From a virus (Duplodnaviria > Caudoviricetes), in IMG/VR virus record IMGVR_UViG_3300044784_000026, positions 1-27,740 of that record: a stretch of DNA of 27,740 nt. One strand, given 5' to 3'. A model generated the notes under the pieces. The model was not told the origin of the DNA. It searched no databases and was given only the letters and a program-made list of their open reading frames with translations. Positions 1 to 7,838 of this stretch are shown here, in pieces (position 1 is the stretch's first letter; every line of letters begins with the position of its first letter). The position numbers were made by a program, and so were the translations under genes.

Positions 1-201
1 GGGGACGCCGCCGCCGCCGGGGACGCCGGGGACGCCGCCTGGGACGCCGCGTGCCGCCGGACGTGGTGGGTCGGCTGGGCCGCCGCCAGGGCCGCCGCCA
101 GGGACGACGCCAGGGACCGTCTACAGCCAACAGTCGACCAGCTCCAGGACTCCGCTATCGACCTGTACGAGGCCATGATCCACCCGGTGGTGCCGTCATG
201 A
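1..201 (+). CDS. 3' end of Ala/Asp/Trp low-complexity repeat protein (partial)
   Basis: Frame 1 reads GDAAAAGDAGDAAWDAA...LQPTVDQLQDSAIDLYEAMIHPVVPS*; TGA 199-201 overlaps the next ATG (ATGA). Not in the ORF track. Confidence 0.75.
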   Translation, partial: GDAAAAGDAGDAAWDAACRRTWWVGWAAARAAARDDARDRLQPTVDQLQDSAIDLYEAMIHPVVPS

Positions 202-854
202 CCACGCAGACAGCCACGATCCTGCTGGGCGCCGCCTTCATCCTCGGTGCCGGCTTCGGCCACCTCACCGGCCACAGCCGGGGCTGGCGACGCTGCGAGG
301 CCATGTGGGAAGCCGAGTGGGACAACCGCGTTGGCCGCGCCATTGGGCACCACACGCAGGCCGCGATCGGCACCTCAACGTGGCCCACACCCTTGCACCC
401 CCGCGACGCTGATGTGATCCGCGACATGCCCATAACCGGATTGCCAGCCCACGCCAGCCACATGGTCGCCGGGGAACGAGCCCAGCGCCAACTCACAGCC
501 ATCGCAGCCCATGGCATGGACCTACCCACCCAATGGGGCACCCTGGCCGAACACGGCCGGCTCAAGCAGCGGGCAGCCCCGAAGCCTGATGCGGTTGGTG
601 CGTTCAGCCCCGGCCGCATCGTCATGCCCGTCTACACCGGACCCGAATACGTACCCAGGCACACGCCGATGGGGCGCCGCTGGGTGGCGAAACACCGACC
701 ACCACCCATCCGAGTGAGGCTGCGGCAATGGTGGGACAGTCTCGCACCCGTCGACATTGATGAGCCAGTCAACCGGGCGATGCAGTGGCAGCCAGAAGAA
801 TCAGCGGTGCTCATCGGCCGACCACCGCGCGAACTCGCGGAGGTGGGGTCATGA
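198..854 (+). CDS. hypothetical protein with N-terminal hydrophobic segment
   Basis: ATG 198 in ATGA overlap; MTTQTATILLGAAFILGAGFG; same frame as ORF 51..854. Confidence 0.65.
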   Translation: MTTQTATILLGAAFILGAGFGHLTGHSRGWRRCEAMWEAEWDNRVGRAIGHHTQAAIGTSTWPTPLHPRDADVIRDMPITGLPAHASHMVAGERAQRQLTAIAAHGMDLPTQWGTLAEHGRLKQRAAPKPDAVGAFSPGRIVMPVYTGPEYVPRHTPMGRRWVAKHRPPPIRVRLRQWWDSLAPVDIDEPVNRAMQWQPEESAVLIGRPPRELAEVGS

Positions 855-1216
855 AGATCTCAAACGAGCAAGCCTGGAACGAATGGGTCGAGGCCAACAC
901 CGACTCGTACTACGGTGCCGGCGTCATCCGCTACGCCGAACGGTGGGCCGAGCTGATCGAGTCCGAGTTAGCCGACGGCAAGACACTCGAAGCCGTTGCT
1001 GACCGGACAAGCCATGAGGCCGACACCGAGGGAATTACCGGCTTCATGTACGGGGCCGCCGTCGCGGTGCTCGCGTCGAGTTGGGAGCACGGTGACCAAC
1101 TTCGCCGCTGGCACAACCTTGCCACACAGATCCGCGACGAGGGCGAGCGGGCTAACGAGTCCGGTGGCGTACTAAACCCAGCGATCCTCAACATCGGACC
1201 GAAGGCAGGGTCCTGA
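851..1216 (+). CDS. hypothetical phage protein
   Basis: GGAGG upstream, ATGA overlap; MKISNEQAWNEWVEANTDSYYG...; globular-looking sequence. Confidence 0.8.
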   Translation: MKISNEQAWNEWVEANTDSYYGAGVIRYAERWAELIESELADGKTLEAVADRTSHEADTEGITGFMYGAAVAVLASSWEHGDQLRRWHNLATQIRDEGERANESGGVLNPAILNIGPKAGS

Positions 1217-1587
1217 TGTTCGGCCGTCCTCGCCGCGCCCGGTTGGAACTGGAACTCCGCGCCGCCCTCGCCGCGGAGCGCCGCTCGGCCGCCTGCGCCC
1301 GGCTCCGCGACGTGGAGGTCATCGGCTTGCACAACCTGCTCTCCGAGCGCAACGCCCACATCCTGCACCTGACGGACACCGTGGCCCAGTTGACGGCAGC
1401 AACGGAGAAGCTGCTCACCGCCACCGGGGCGACGGTGCCACCACCCGTTGATGATGATCTGACCGTTGTCATGGACGCCGTGGTTGAGCGTCCAGCATGG
1501 GCGGGGCCGGCCACGATCCTGCCGCTGGTGCCCACCGGGACGGGTACGCGGCGGATGGGGTTCGCACCACCGGAAGGAGCCCGATGA
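1216..1587 (+). CDS. hypothetical protein, possible coiled coil
   Basis: TGATG coupling upstream and ATGA coupling downstream. Confidence 0.65.
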   Translation: MFGRPRRARLELELRAALAAERRSAACARLRDVEVIGLHNLLSERNAHILHLTDTVAQLTAATEKLLTATGATVPPPVDDDLTVVMDAVVERPAWAGPATILPLVPTGTGTRRMGFAPPEGAR

Positions 1588-1973
1588 CTGCCTACTACGC
1601 GGGCCCGACCAGCTTGGACCCGCTGCGGATCCGCCGGCTGTTGGGCCGGGGCAACTGGTCGACACCCGAACGCTTCGGTCCCGACGGCTGGCGTTACGTC
1701 AACCTCGACGGTAAGTCATCGGTCATCCTCACCGTCGCGCCCAAGGATGAGGACGAGTGGATCCACGCCTCGATCGCATACGCGGATCACATGCCGACCT
1801 ACAGCGACTTGAAGTTCCTTCACGCGGCAGTCTTCGGCGACGGGTGGGCGTACCAGGTGTTCTCGCCGCCGTCGGACCACGTCAACATCCACGAGTTCGT
1901 GCTGCACCTGTGGGGACGGCTCGACGGTCAGCCGGCGCTGCCGGACTTCACCGATGGGATGGGGTCAATATGA
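1584..1973 (+). CDS. conserved hypothetical phage protein (His-rich WxHxS...P...HVNIH...LHLW type)
   Basis: GAAGGAG RBS, ATG 1584; motifs EWIHASIA-HMPTY and HVNIHEFVLHLW. Confidence 0.8.
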   Translation: MTAYYAGPTSLDPLRIRRLLGRGNWSTPERFGPDGWRYVNLDGKSSVILTVAPKDEDEWIHASIAYADHMPTYSDLKFLHAAVFGDGWAYQVFSPPSDHVNIHEFVLHLWGRLDGQPALPDFTDGMGSI

Positions 1974-2179
1974 GCCTCACCGCCTGGACTACCGTGGTCT
2001 GCTCCGTCGACCTGTGCGAGCTCTGCTCCGGCGACATCGAGTGCGGCCACCACTGCCACGACATCCTCACCCCAGTCACCACCATTGCGCACACCTGCAC
2101 CCCACCCGACTACGCCGAGCAGTGCACCGCCTGCGAAATCGACACCGATGACGCGTACCGGCGGCGACTCGATGTCTGA
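1970..2179 (+). CDS. small Cys/His-rich hypothetical protein
   Basis: ATGA overlap; CELC, CGHHCH and CTAC motifs. Confidence 0.6.
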   Translation: MSLTAWTTVVCSVDLCELCSGDIECGHHCHDILTPVTTIAHTCTPPDYAEQCTACEIDTDDAYRRRLDV

Positions 2180-3212
2180 GACCACCATCAACACCCGCCC
2201 CGTCGGCCTGGTCGGCTGGGACGACACCGACGACATCTGGCGCGCCGTCCGCTCCAAGGGCTGCGGCGCCTCTGACGTGGCCTCCCTGCTCGGCTTCTCC
2301 AACTACCGCTCTAGCTACCGCTCACCGTGGCAGGTGTGGGCCGAGAAAGTCGACCATCCGCAGGCGCCCCCATATGAGACGTCCGAGGCAGCCGAGCTTG
2401 GGCACGCGTTGGAGCCGTGGCTGATCCGCCAAGCCGAGAAACTGATCGGCGAACAGACCGGCCAAACTGAGCACCGCCACTACGCCCACCCCGAACATCC
2501 GTGGCGACGGTGCTCACCCGACGGGTGCGTGGACGGCGACGACCAGGAGTTGGTGCAGGCCAAAACCGCGGGATTGGTCACCGGCCGCACGCATGGCTGG
2601 ACCGACGACACCATCCCGCTCGGCTATGAGCTGCAGGCCCGGTGGGAGATGCACGTCATGGGCGCCCGCCGCAGCCACATCGTCGCGTTGGTCGCCGGCC
2701 GTGGCCTGTGCCTCTACACCCTGGAACGGGACCTGGCGTTGGAGGCCGACCTCGTGTCGCAGGTCGACACGTGGTGGCAGAAGCATGTGATCGGCGGGGA
2801 AGCCCCACCGCTGGCCGGTCGCGACGCTGCCATGGTCGCCGCGCTCTACCCCGCGGTGGCCCGCAACGGGGTCGACCTTGACGACAGCGAAGCCATGAGG
2901 TGGCAACGTGCCTACCTCGACGCGCACGCCCAGATCCGTGACTTGGAAGCGGCGAAGGCGGCGGCCGGCACCGAACTGAAAGCGCTGCTCGGCGACGCGG
3001 AGATCGGCTTCGTCAACGGACGGCCGGTCGCGGTGTGGGCCGAGAAACGCAACAGGGTCGACTGGGAACGGTTCGCCCGCGACCTGTACGCGTACGCCGT
3101 CGAGTACGACGCCCCGGAAGAGTTGCCCGCCGACTGGGCCGAGGCCGACTTCCTCAAGCGTGCCGAGGGTTACCGGCCCGCACCAACCCGCAGCCTCACC
3201 ATAAAGGAATAG
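2172..3212 (+). CDS. YqaJ/lambda-exonuclease-family (RecE-like) exonuclease
   Basis: W...R..G.GASD, SPWQVWAEK, GHALEP, SPDG, QAKT and YELQ motifs; directly upstream of recT. Confidence 0.92.
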   Translation: MSETTINTRPVGLVGWDDTDDIWRAVRSKGCGASDVASLLGFSNYRSSYRSPWQVWAEKVDHPQAPPYETSEAAELGHALEPWLIRQAEKLIGEQTGQTEHRHYAHPEHPWRRCSPDGCVDGDDQELVQAKTAGLVTGRTHGWTDDTIPLGYELQARWEMHVMGARRSHIVALVAGRGLCLYTLERDLALEADLVSQVDTWWQKHVIGGEAPPLAGRDAAMVAALYPAVARNGVDLDDSEAMRWQRAYLDAHAQIRDLEAAKAAAGTELKALLGDAEIGFVNGRPVAVWAEKRNRVDWERFARDLYAYAVEYDAPEELPADWAEADFLKRAEGYRPAPTRSLTIKE

Positions 3213-3215
3213 ATC

Positions 3216-4463
3216 ATGAGCACCGAAGCTAAGAACGCGCTCGCCACCCGCCGCGACAACGGCGGCCAGGTCGCCACCACCCTGACCGCGCGCATCAACC
3301 AGATGGCCCCCCAGTTCCAGCTGGCCATGCCCAAGGGGGCTGAGGCCACCCAGTTGGTTCGGGACGCGCTGACCTGCCTGCGGATGAACGCGAAACTGGC
3401 CGAGTGCGACGCCGAATCGGTTCTCGGCTCGTTGATGACTTGCGCCCAGTTGGGCCTACGACCCGGGGTGCTCGGGCATGCGTGGCCGCTGCCGTTCTGG
3501 GACAGCCGCGCCAACCCCGATGAGAACGGCCGCCCGCGTGGCGGCTACCGGGCCCAGCTGGTCATCGGCTACCAGGGCTACATCGAACTGGGTCACCGGT
3601 CGGGGCAGATCGCTTCGCTCATCGCCCGCACCGTGTACGAGAACGACATCTTCGACGTCGACTACGGGTTGGCGGATTCGTTGGTCCACAAGCCCAACCT
3701 CAAGGGCACCCGCGGCCCTGCTGTTGCCTACTACGCCATCGCCAAGTTCAACTCCGGCGGCCACGCGTTCATCGTCATGACCCATGACGACATGACCGAG
3801 CACCGCGACCGGTACGCGCCGAAGAACAAGCAGGGCAAGATCGTCGGACCCTGGGTGGACAACTTCGAGGGCATGGCCCTGAAGACCACCATCCGCAGGC
3901 TGGCGAAGTACATGCCCAAGTCGACCGAGCTGAACAATGGGCTCGCCGCCGATGGTGGTGTTCGGGTGGACACCAGCCCCGCTGTTGCGCCGTTGGAGGT
4001 GACGCGGCAGCCGGACATGTGGGACGGCGAGGTCGTCGCACCTGTGGACGGGCCTGTGGATGGCGCGACCGAACCTGAGGACAAGCCCCAGTCGCCCGAA
4101 CCCGCCCAGGCGCATCCGCTGGATGATGTGCAGTCCAAACCGCGTCTGCTCACGCAGAAGCAGAAGTCGCAGATCATGGTCCTCTCCGGCGAGTTGGGCC
4201 TCGGGGAGCGGGATGCCCGCATCGAGTTCATCGCGGGCACCATCGACCGACCGATCACCTCATCAACCGAGTTGACCAGCCGGGAGGCGTCGAAGGTTAT
4301 CGACGTCATGTTGGACTGCAAACGCAGTGAGGAGGTCCGCGGCCAACGGTCCGGCCCGAAGCCGTTGCGTGAGGTGGCCGCTGAGCAGTCAGCGGCACTG
4401 CGATCAACCCGTGGCCAGCCATCAGAGCAGGTGCCACCCGACTCAGAAAGCCCGGCCCGATGA
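3216..4463 (+). CDS. recT: RecT-family single-strand annealing recombinase with C-terminal extension
   Basis: SVLGSLMTCAQLGLRPG, AQLVIGYQGYIEL, RTVYEND and MALKTTIRRLAKYMPKS motifs; AAGGA RBS. Confidence 0.95.
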   Translation: MSTEAKNALATRRDNGGQVATTLTARINQMAPQFQLAMPKGAEATQLVRDALTCLRMNAKLAECDAESVLGSLMTCAQLGLRPGVLGHAWPLPFWDSRANPDENGRPRGGYRAQLVIGYQGYIELGHRSGQIASLIARTVYENDIFDVDYGLADSLVHKPNLKGTRGPAVAYYAIAKFNSGGHAFIVMTHDDMTEHRDRYAPKNKQGKIVGPWVDNFEGMALKTTIRRLAKYMPKSTELNNGLAADGGVRVDTSPAVAPLEVTRQPDMWDGEVVAPVDGPVDGATEPEDKPQSPEPAQAHPLDDVQSKPRLLTQKQKSQIMVLSGELGLGERDARIEFIAGTIDRPITSSTELTSREASKVIDVMLDCKRSEEVRGQRSGPKPLREVAAEQSAALRSTRGQPSEQVPPDSESPAR

Positions 4464-4729
4464 GCACGGCCACCATCGACGGCGCGTCCTACCGGCAGCT
4501 GGACTACTGGGTGCGACGCGGCTACCTCCGCCCCGAGGAGGCCACCCCGGGCACCGGCTACGCCCGCACCTGGGCGCCATCGGAGCTGCGAGTGGCCGCC
4601 CGCATGGCCCGACTGGTGGCGGCCGGGCTGACACTGGCGGCGGCCGAGAAGGTTGCCCGCGCCTCCGGTCCGATGGACCTGGGTAACGGCGTGTGGGTTG
4701 GGCTGTCCGACACCGGGGAGGTGGCCTGA
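4460..4729 (+). CDS. MerR-family HTH DNA-binding protein
   Basis: ASYRQLDYWVRRGYLRP...GTGYARTW...L is the typical actinobacterial MerR-like signature. Confidence 0.85.
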   Translation: MSTATIDGASYRQLDYWVRRGYLRPEEATPGTGYARTWAPSELRVAARMARLVAAGLTLAAAEKVARASGPMDLGNGVWVGLSDTGEVA

Positions 4730-5046
4730 TGCACAGCGGTCGCCGCATCGCACAGCCAGCAGAGTTCCGCCGCACCGAAACCGCGATCGAACCCGCCCAA
4801 CCGGCCTTGTCCGACGTGAAGCGGCGCAAAGCCGGACTGCAACTGGCTGACCTTGCCCGGCACGAACCCGAACCGGAGGGCTGCCTGCGGGAGCTGCTCG
4901 ACATGTTCGGCTTGCTACGCCCACCCCAACGGTCACCGGGGGTCTGCGCCTGCGGTGACGTTTTGCCCATGACCCATGCGGGTGGTGGCGCAACCAGAAT
5001 CCGCCGCGACCAGTGCCGCACCTGCGCCGGGGAGGCGACACCGTGA
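4729..5046 (+). CDS. hypothetical protein, possible Zn-binding (CAC...CRTC)
   Basis: GGAGG RBS, TGATG coupling upstream, GTGA coupling downstream. Confidence 0.6.
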   Translation: MHSGRRIAQPAEFRRTETAIEPAQPALSDVKRRKAGLQLADLARHEPEPEGCLRELLDMFGLLRPPQRSPGVCACGDVLPMTHAGGGATRIRRDQCRTCAGEATP

Positions 5047-5405
5047 CCGACCAGTACCGCCGGGGCGCCGTCTTCGAACGGCAGATCGCTGACCGGCTGA
5101 CCGAGGACGGCTACCTCGTCATGCGCGCCGCCGGCTCCCACGGACACGCCGACCTGATCGCATTGAAACGCGGCCAGGTGTTGCTCGTGCAATGCAAACT
5201 CGCGGGTGCTGGTGCCGTGCCACCCGCCGAATGGAACGGGCTGTGGGAAGTCGCCGAGCGGGTTGGCGCGGTCGCGCTGATCGTGTCCCGGCCGAAGCGG
5301 GGCGCCAAAGCGTGGCAGCGGATCACTGGCCCCAAGTCGGGTGTGCGCGGTGTGAAACCGCCGTGCGTGGTGTGGACCTCGGATGAGGTAATCGGCCATG
5401 GCTGA
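5043..5405 (+). CDS. Hjc-like Holliday junction resolvase (PD-(D/E)xK nuclease)
   Basis: YRRGAVFER...GYLVMRAAGSHGHADLIA...LLVQCK; GGAGG RBS, GTG start. Confidence 0.85.
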   Translation: MTDQYRRGAVFERQIADRLTEDGYLVMRAAGSHGHADLIALKRGQVLLVQCKLAGAGAVPPAEWNGLWEVAERVGAVALIVSRPKRGAKAWQRITGPKSGVRGVKPPCVVWTSDEVIGHG

Positions 5406-5886
5406 ACCCGAGTTGTGCCGATCCTGTTCGAAGCCGATCATCTGGGCGGTCACCGACCGGCTCAAGGACATGCCCGTCAACGCCGAACCGCAGGACGGCG
5501 GCAACCTGCTGTTCAAGCCGCGCGACGGCTTGGCGCCGCTCGTGGTGATGGTCGACGCGAAGCACGCGTTCGGCCGCGCCGAGGCGTGGGAGCGACTGAC
5601 CGCCGAGGTGGAACGACTACGCGCGCTGACCCGTTCGGTGGACTATTTCGGCACCGGCTTTCTGTGGCGTCAACCAGACGGCCATGAGGTGGTCCTCGAT
5701 CCGGTTGAGGTAACCGTCGTCATCAACGCCGATCAGGTGACCGTGTACGAACAACTCGAAGCCACCGTTGCCCGCGTGGAGGCCGCTCTCACCGCCCGTG
5801 GCATGGAGCATCCGAACGTCACCTACATCCGCATGGACGACATCCGCCGAGCCCTCAACGGGGAGGCCAGCGATGGCACGAACTGA
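5398..5886 (+). CDS. hypothetical protein with N-terminal CxxC
   Basis: CRSCSKPIIWA...MPVNAEP..GGN motif common in actinophage small proteins; GAGG RBS. Confidence 0.7.
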   Translation: MAEPELCRSCSKPIIWAVTDRLKDMPVNAEPQDGGNLLFKPRDGLAPLVVMVDAKHAFGRAEAWERLTAEVERLRALTRSVDYFGTGFLWRQPDGHEVVLDPVEVTVVINADQVTVYEQLEATVARVEAALTARGMEHPNVTYIRMDDIRRALNGEASDGTN

Positions 5887-6082
5887 CGCCACCTTCACGC
5901 TCAGCCTCGCCGACCTTCCGGAGATCAAGGCGATCGTTGCCGCTCTGGCCCGGGTGCGACTGGTCCACGCCCGCAACACGCACCACCCGCACTACTGCGT
6001 CAACTGCCGCGCACCGTACCCGTGCAAGACCATCCGCGCCCTCGACGGGGACAGCCCGGACACCCAGGAGGCCGGTCGGTGA
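5873..6082 (+). CDS. small hypothetical protein (CxxC...YPCxT)
   Basis: GGAGG RBS, ATG 5873; LVH...CVNC..PYPCKTIRAL. Confidence 0.7.
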   Translation: MARTDATFTLSLADLPEIKAIVAALARVRLVHARNTHHPHYCVNCRAPYPCKTIRALDGDSPDTQEAGR

Positions 6083-6453
6083 ACCGTGACGTGGACCCGA
6101 TCCTCACCGGCCTACGCGACCGGCGCCGCGAACTCGGCGTCACCCAACAACTCCTCGCCCGGGCCATGGGCACCGCCGGCAGCCCCAACCTCATCTCATC
6201 CCGGGAACTCGGCCACCGCTCACCCACACTCGCATTCCTGCGCCGCTGGGCTGACGCGTTGGGCTGCGAGATCGCGTTGGTGCCGTTGGACACCGACGGG
6301 GAAGCCGCGCATGATCCGGTGCGGTTGTTGACCCACGCGCAACGGCGGGCCGAGTTGCGCCGGTTGGCCAACGGACATTTGCCGGCCCGGGAGTTGGCGG
6401 CCCGGGTGGGCGTGTCCACACGAACCGCGCACCGGGCCAGGGAGATCACATGA
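6079..6453 (+). CDS. XRE-family HTH protein with a second C-terminal HTH
   Basis: LRDRRRELGVTQQLLARAMG...ISSRELGHRSPTLAFL...ADALG, then ARELAARVGVSTRTAHR; GGAGG RBS, GTGA overlap. Confidence 0.85.
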   Translation: MNRDVDPILTGLRDRRRELGVTQQLLARAMGTAGSPNLISSRELGHRSPTLAFLRRWADALGCEIALVPLDTDGEAAHDPVRLLTHAQRRAELRRLANGHLPARELAARVGVSTRTAHRAREIT

Positions 6454-6686
6454 GCCGGGTGTCGGGGCGTCAACGTCAGCAGGCGAGCAACGATGGTCGG
6501 CGAGGTCGCTTTCTCCTGTCCTCGACCAGTGATCCGACCAGCGTTCCGGCACCCACCCGGCACATATCGCGGTTCCGTTGGTCTTGTGATCTTTGTTTCG
6601 GGTTCGGATACGCCGACACCCAAGATCATGCTGTGGCCGAGTTTGAACAGCACTACTGGGACAAGCACCGACCGGAGGACGAGTGA
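6450..6686 (+). CDS. hypothetical protein (WxCxxC...H)
   Basis: GGAG RBS, ATGA overlap; FRWSCDLC...AEFEQHY. Confidence 0.55.
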   Translation: MSRVSGRQRQQASNDGRRGRFLLSSTSDPTSVPAPTRHISRFRWSCDLCFGFGYADTQDHAVAEFEQHYWDKHRPEDE

Positions 6687-6717
6687 TCGGCGTGGGACGA
6701 GTGATCGGCGTGGGACG
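6677..6717 (+). repeat. 18-bp tandem repeat GGACGAGTGATCGGCGTG, about 2.3 copies
   Basis: Exact copies at 6677-6694 and 6695-6712, plus GGACG at 6713-6717. Confidence 0.9.
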
Positions 6718-6762
6718 CGCAACACCTTGCCCGCGTGTCGTTTCTGATCATGGCGGTGCGGT

Positions 6763-7605
6763 GTGACCGTCGGACGCAGCCACAGGACGCCGGCAAAGCA
6801 CGATCTGATGTGCAGCCTGATCGGCAAAGAGGTCGGCGTTGTCAACAGCAAGCCCGACATCGGTCGGTCGGTCTGGTTCGACCTGACCGCTGGCGATGGT
6901 GTAGCGGTTGACGAACTCCAGTGGGAGCGGAACTGCTCGCCGGGGATCCTTGCCTACCACGCGACGAACTCGACCAAGCCCGTAGACATCCTGCTCTACG
7001 AGATCAAGCCGGCAACGTTCCGTCGGCTCCTCGACAGCCTCTCTGCGAACCTTCCCCGACTGGGGTACACCACACAGGGCGAGGGCGCATGGATGCTCGG
7101 CTCGCGAGTTCGGCTTCGTGCCTACTGTGGCAGTGGCTCGGACGCCGACTTGCTCGGCGTCCGCCGTGGCGACGCAGTGTTCGCGGTCAACGACCCGAAC
7201 TCGATTACTGATTGGGCGATGCGACCGAAGTTCGCAGCCGAGATCGGCGACCGCACCCTTTGGTTCCGCAGCTTGTCGACGATGGGTTGCAACACGGGCG
7301 GGCTGAAGCGTCTCGACATCGAGCAGCGTAGACAGTGGTTCGACCTGCTTGCCGACCAGGAGGCGGCCCTTCCCCGCTACCGTGATCTCCTGCTCACTGC
7401 AATTGATGGTGACGATGCGCAGTGGGCGTACCTCATGAGCGAGCCCATCAAGTGGAAGGGCACGATCGAGGTCACGGCTCGGAGCAGTTTCCGTCGGTTC
7501 AATCTTGAGATTGCCGCCGCCTGGTATCGGCGGGACGTCGATAGCTACAGCGCGCTCAAGCGCCACCTCTTCCTCACGGCACCAGAGCGGAAGGAGTTGG
7601 CATGA
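6763..7605 (+). CDS. tcmP: TcmP-like (three-Cys-motif partner) SAM-dependent methyltransferase-fold protein
   Basis: TxxKH (TPAKHDL), motif-I-like WFDLTAGDG, CSP, LLYEIK and VNDP; neighbours a DUF5131 gene, the known TcmP partner. Confidence 0.65.
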   Translation: MTVGRSHRTPAKHDLMCSLIGKEVGVVNSKPDIGRSVWFDLTAGDGVAVDELQWERNCSPGILAYHATNSTKPVDILLYEIKPATFRRLLDSLSANLPRLGYTTQGEGAWMLGSRVRLRAYCGSGSDADLLGVRRGDAVFAVNDPNSITDWAMRPKFAAEIGDRTLWFRSLSTMGCNTGGLKRLDIEQRRQWFDLLADQEAALPRYRDLLLTAIDGDDAQWAYLMSEPIKWKGTIEVTARSSFRRFNLEIAAAWYRRDVDSYSALKRHLFLTAPERKELA

Positions 7606-7835
7606 CGGAGCTCGCATACCGCACGTACGCCGAGTACCTCAAACACCCACGGTTTCTCGCGGTGCGTGCCAAGGTGTTCGCACGGGCCGCGGGTGTCTGT
7701 GAGCGCTGCGGCTTGCGGCCGCCGCGTGATTCGCACCATCTCCGGTATCCGCCATGGGGCGAGTTCGACGTTCCAGAGAACATGATCGCGATCTGTCGTC
7801 AGTGTCACTGCGAGATCCACGGCAAGGAGCGGTGA
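7602..7835 (+). CDS. small HNH endonuclease
   Basis: YAEYL...CERC...HHLRY...ENMIAICRQCHCEIH; AAGGAG RBS, ATGA overlap. Confidence 0.85.
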   Translation: MTELAYRTYAEYLKHPRFLAVRAKVFARAAGVCERCGLRPPRDSHHLRYPPWGEFDVPENMIAICRQCHCEIHGKER

Positions 7836-7838
7836 CCC

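Noticed and set aside
3731-5516. Long minus-strand ORFs (436 aa, 357 aa)
   Set aside because: Antisense shadows of recT and neighbours in high-GC DNA; no motifs, Arg/Pro/Ser-rich.
6677-6717. Repeat as a mini CRISPR array
   Set aside because: Copies are directly adjacent with no spacers, and there are no cas genes. The YqaJ protein is a RecT partner, not Cas4.
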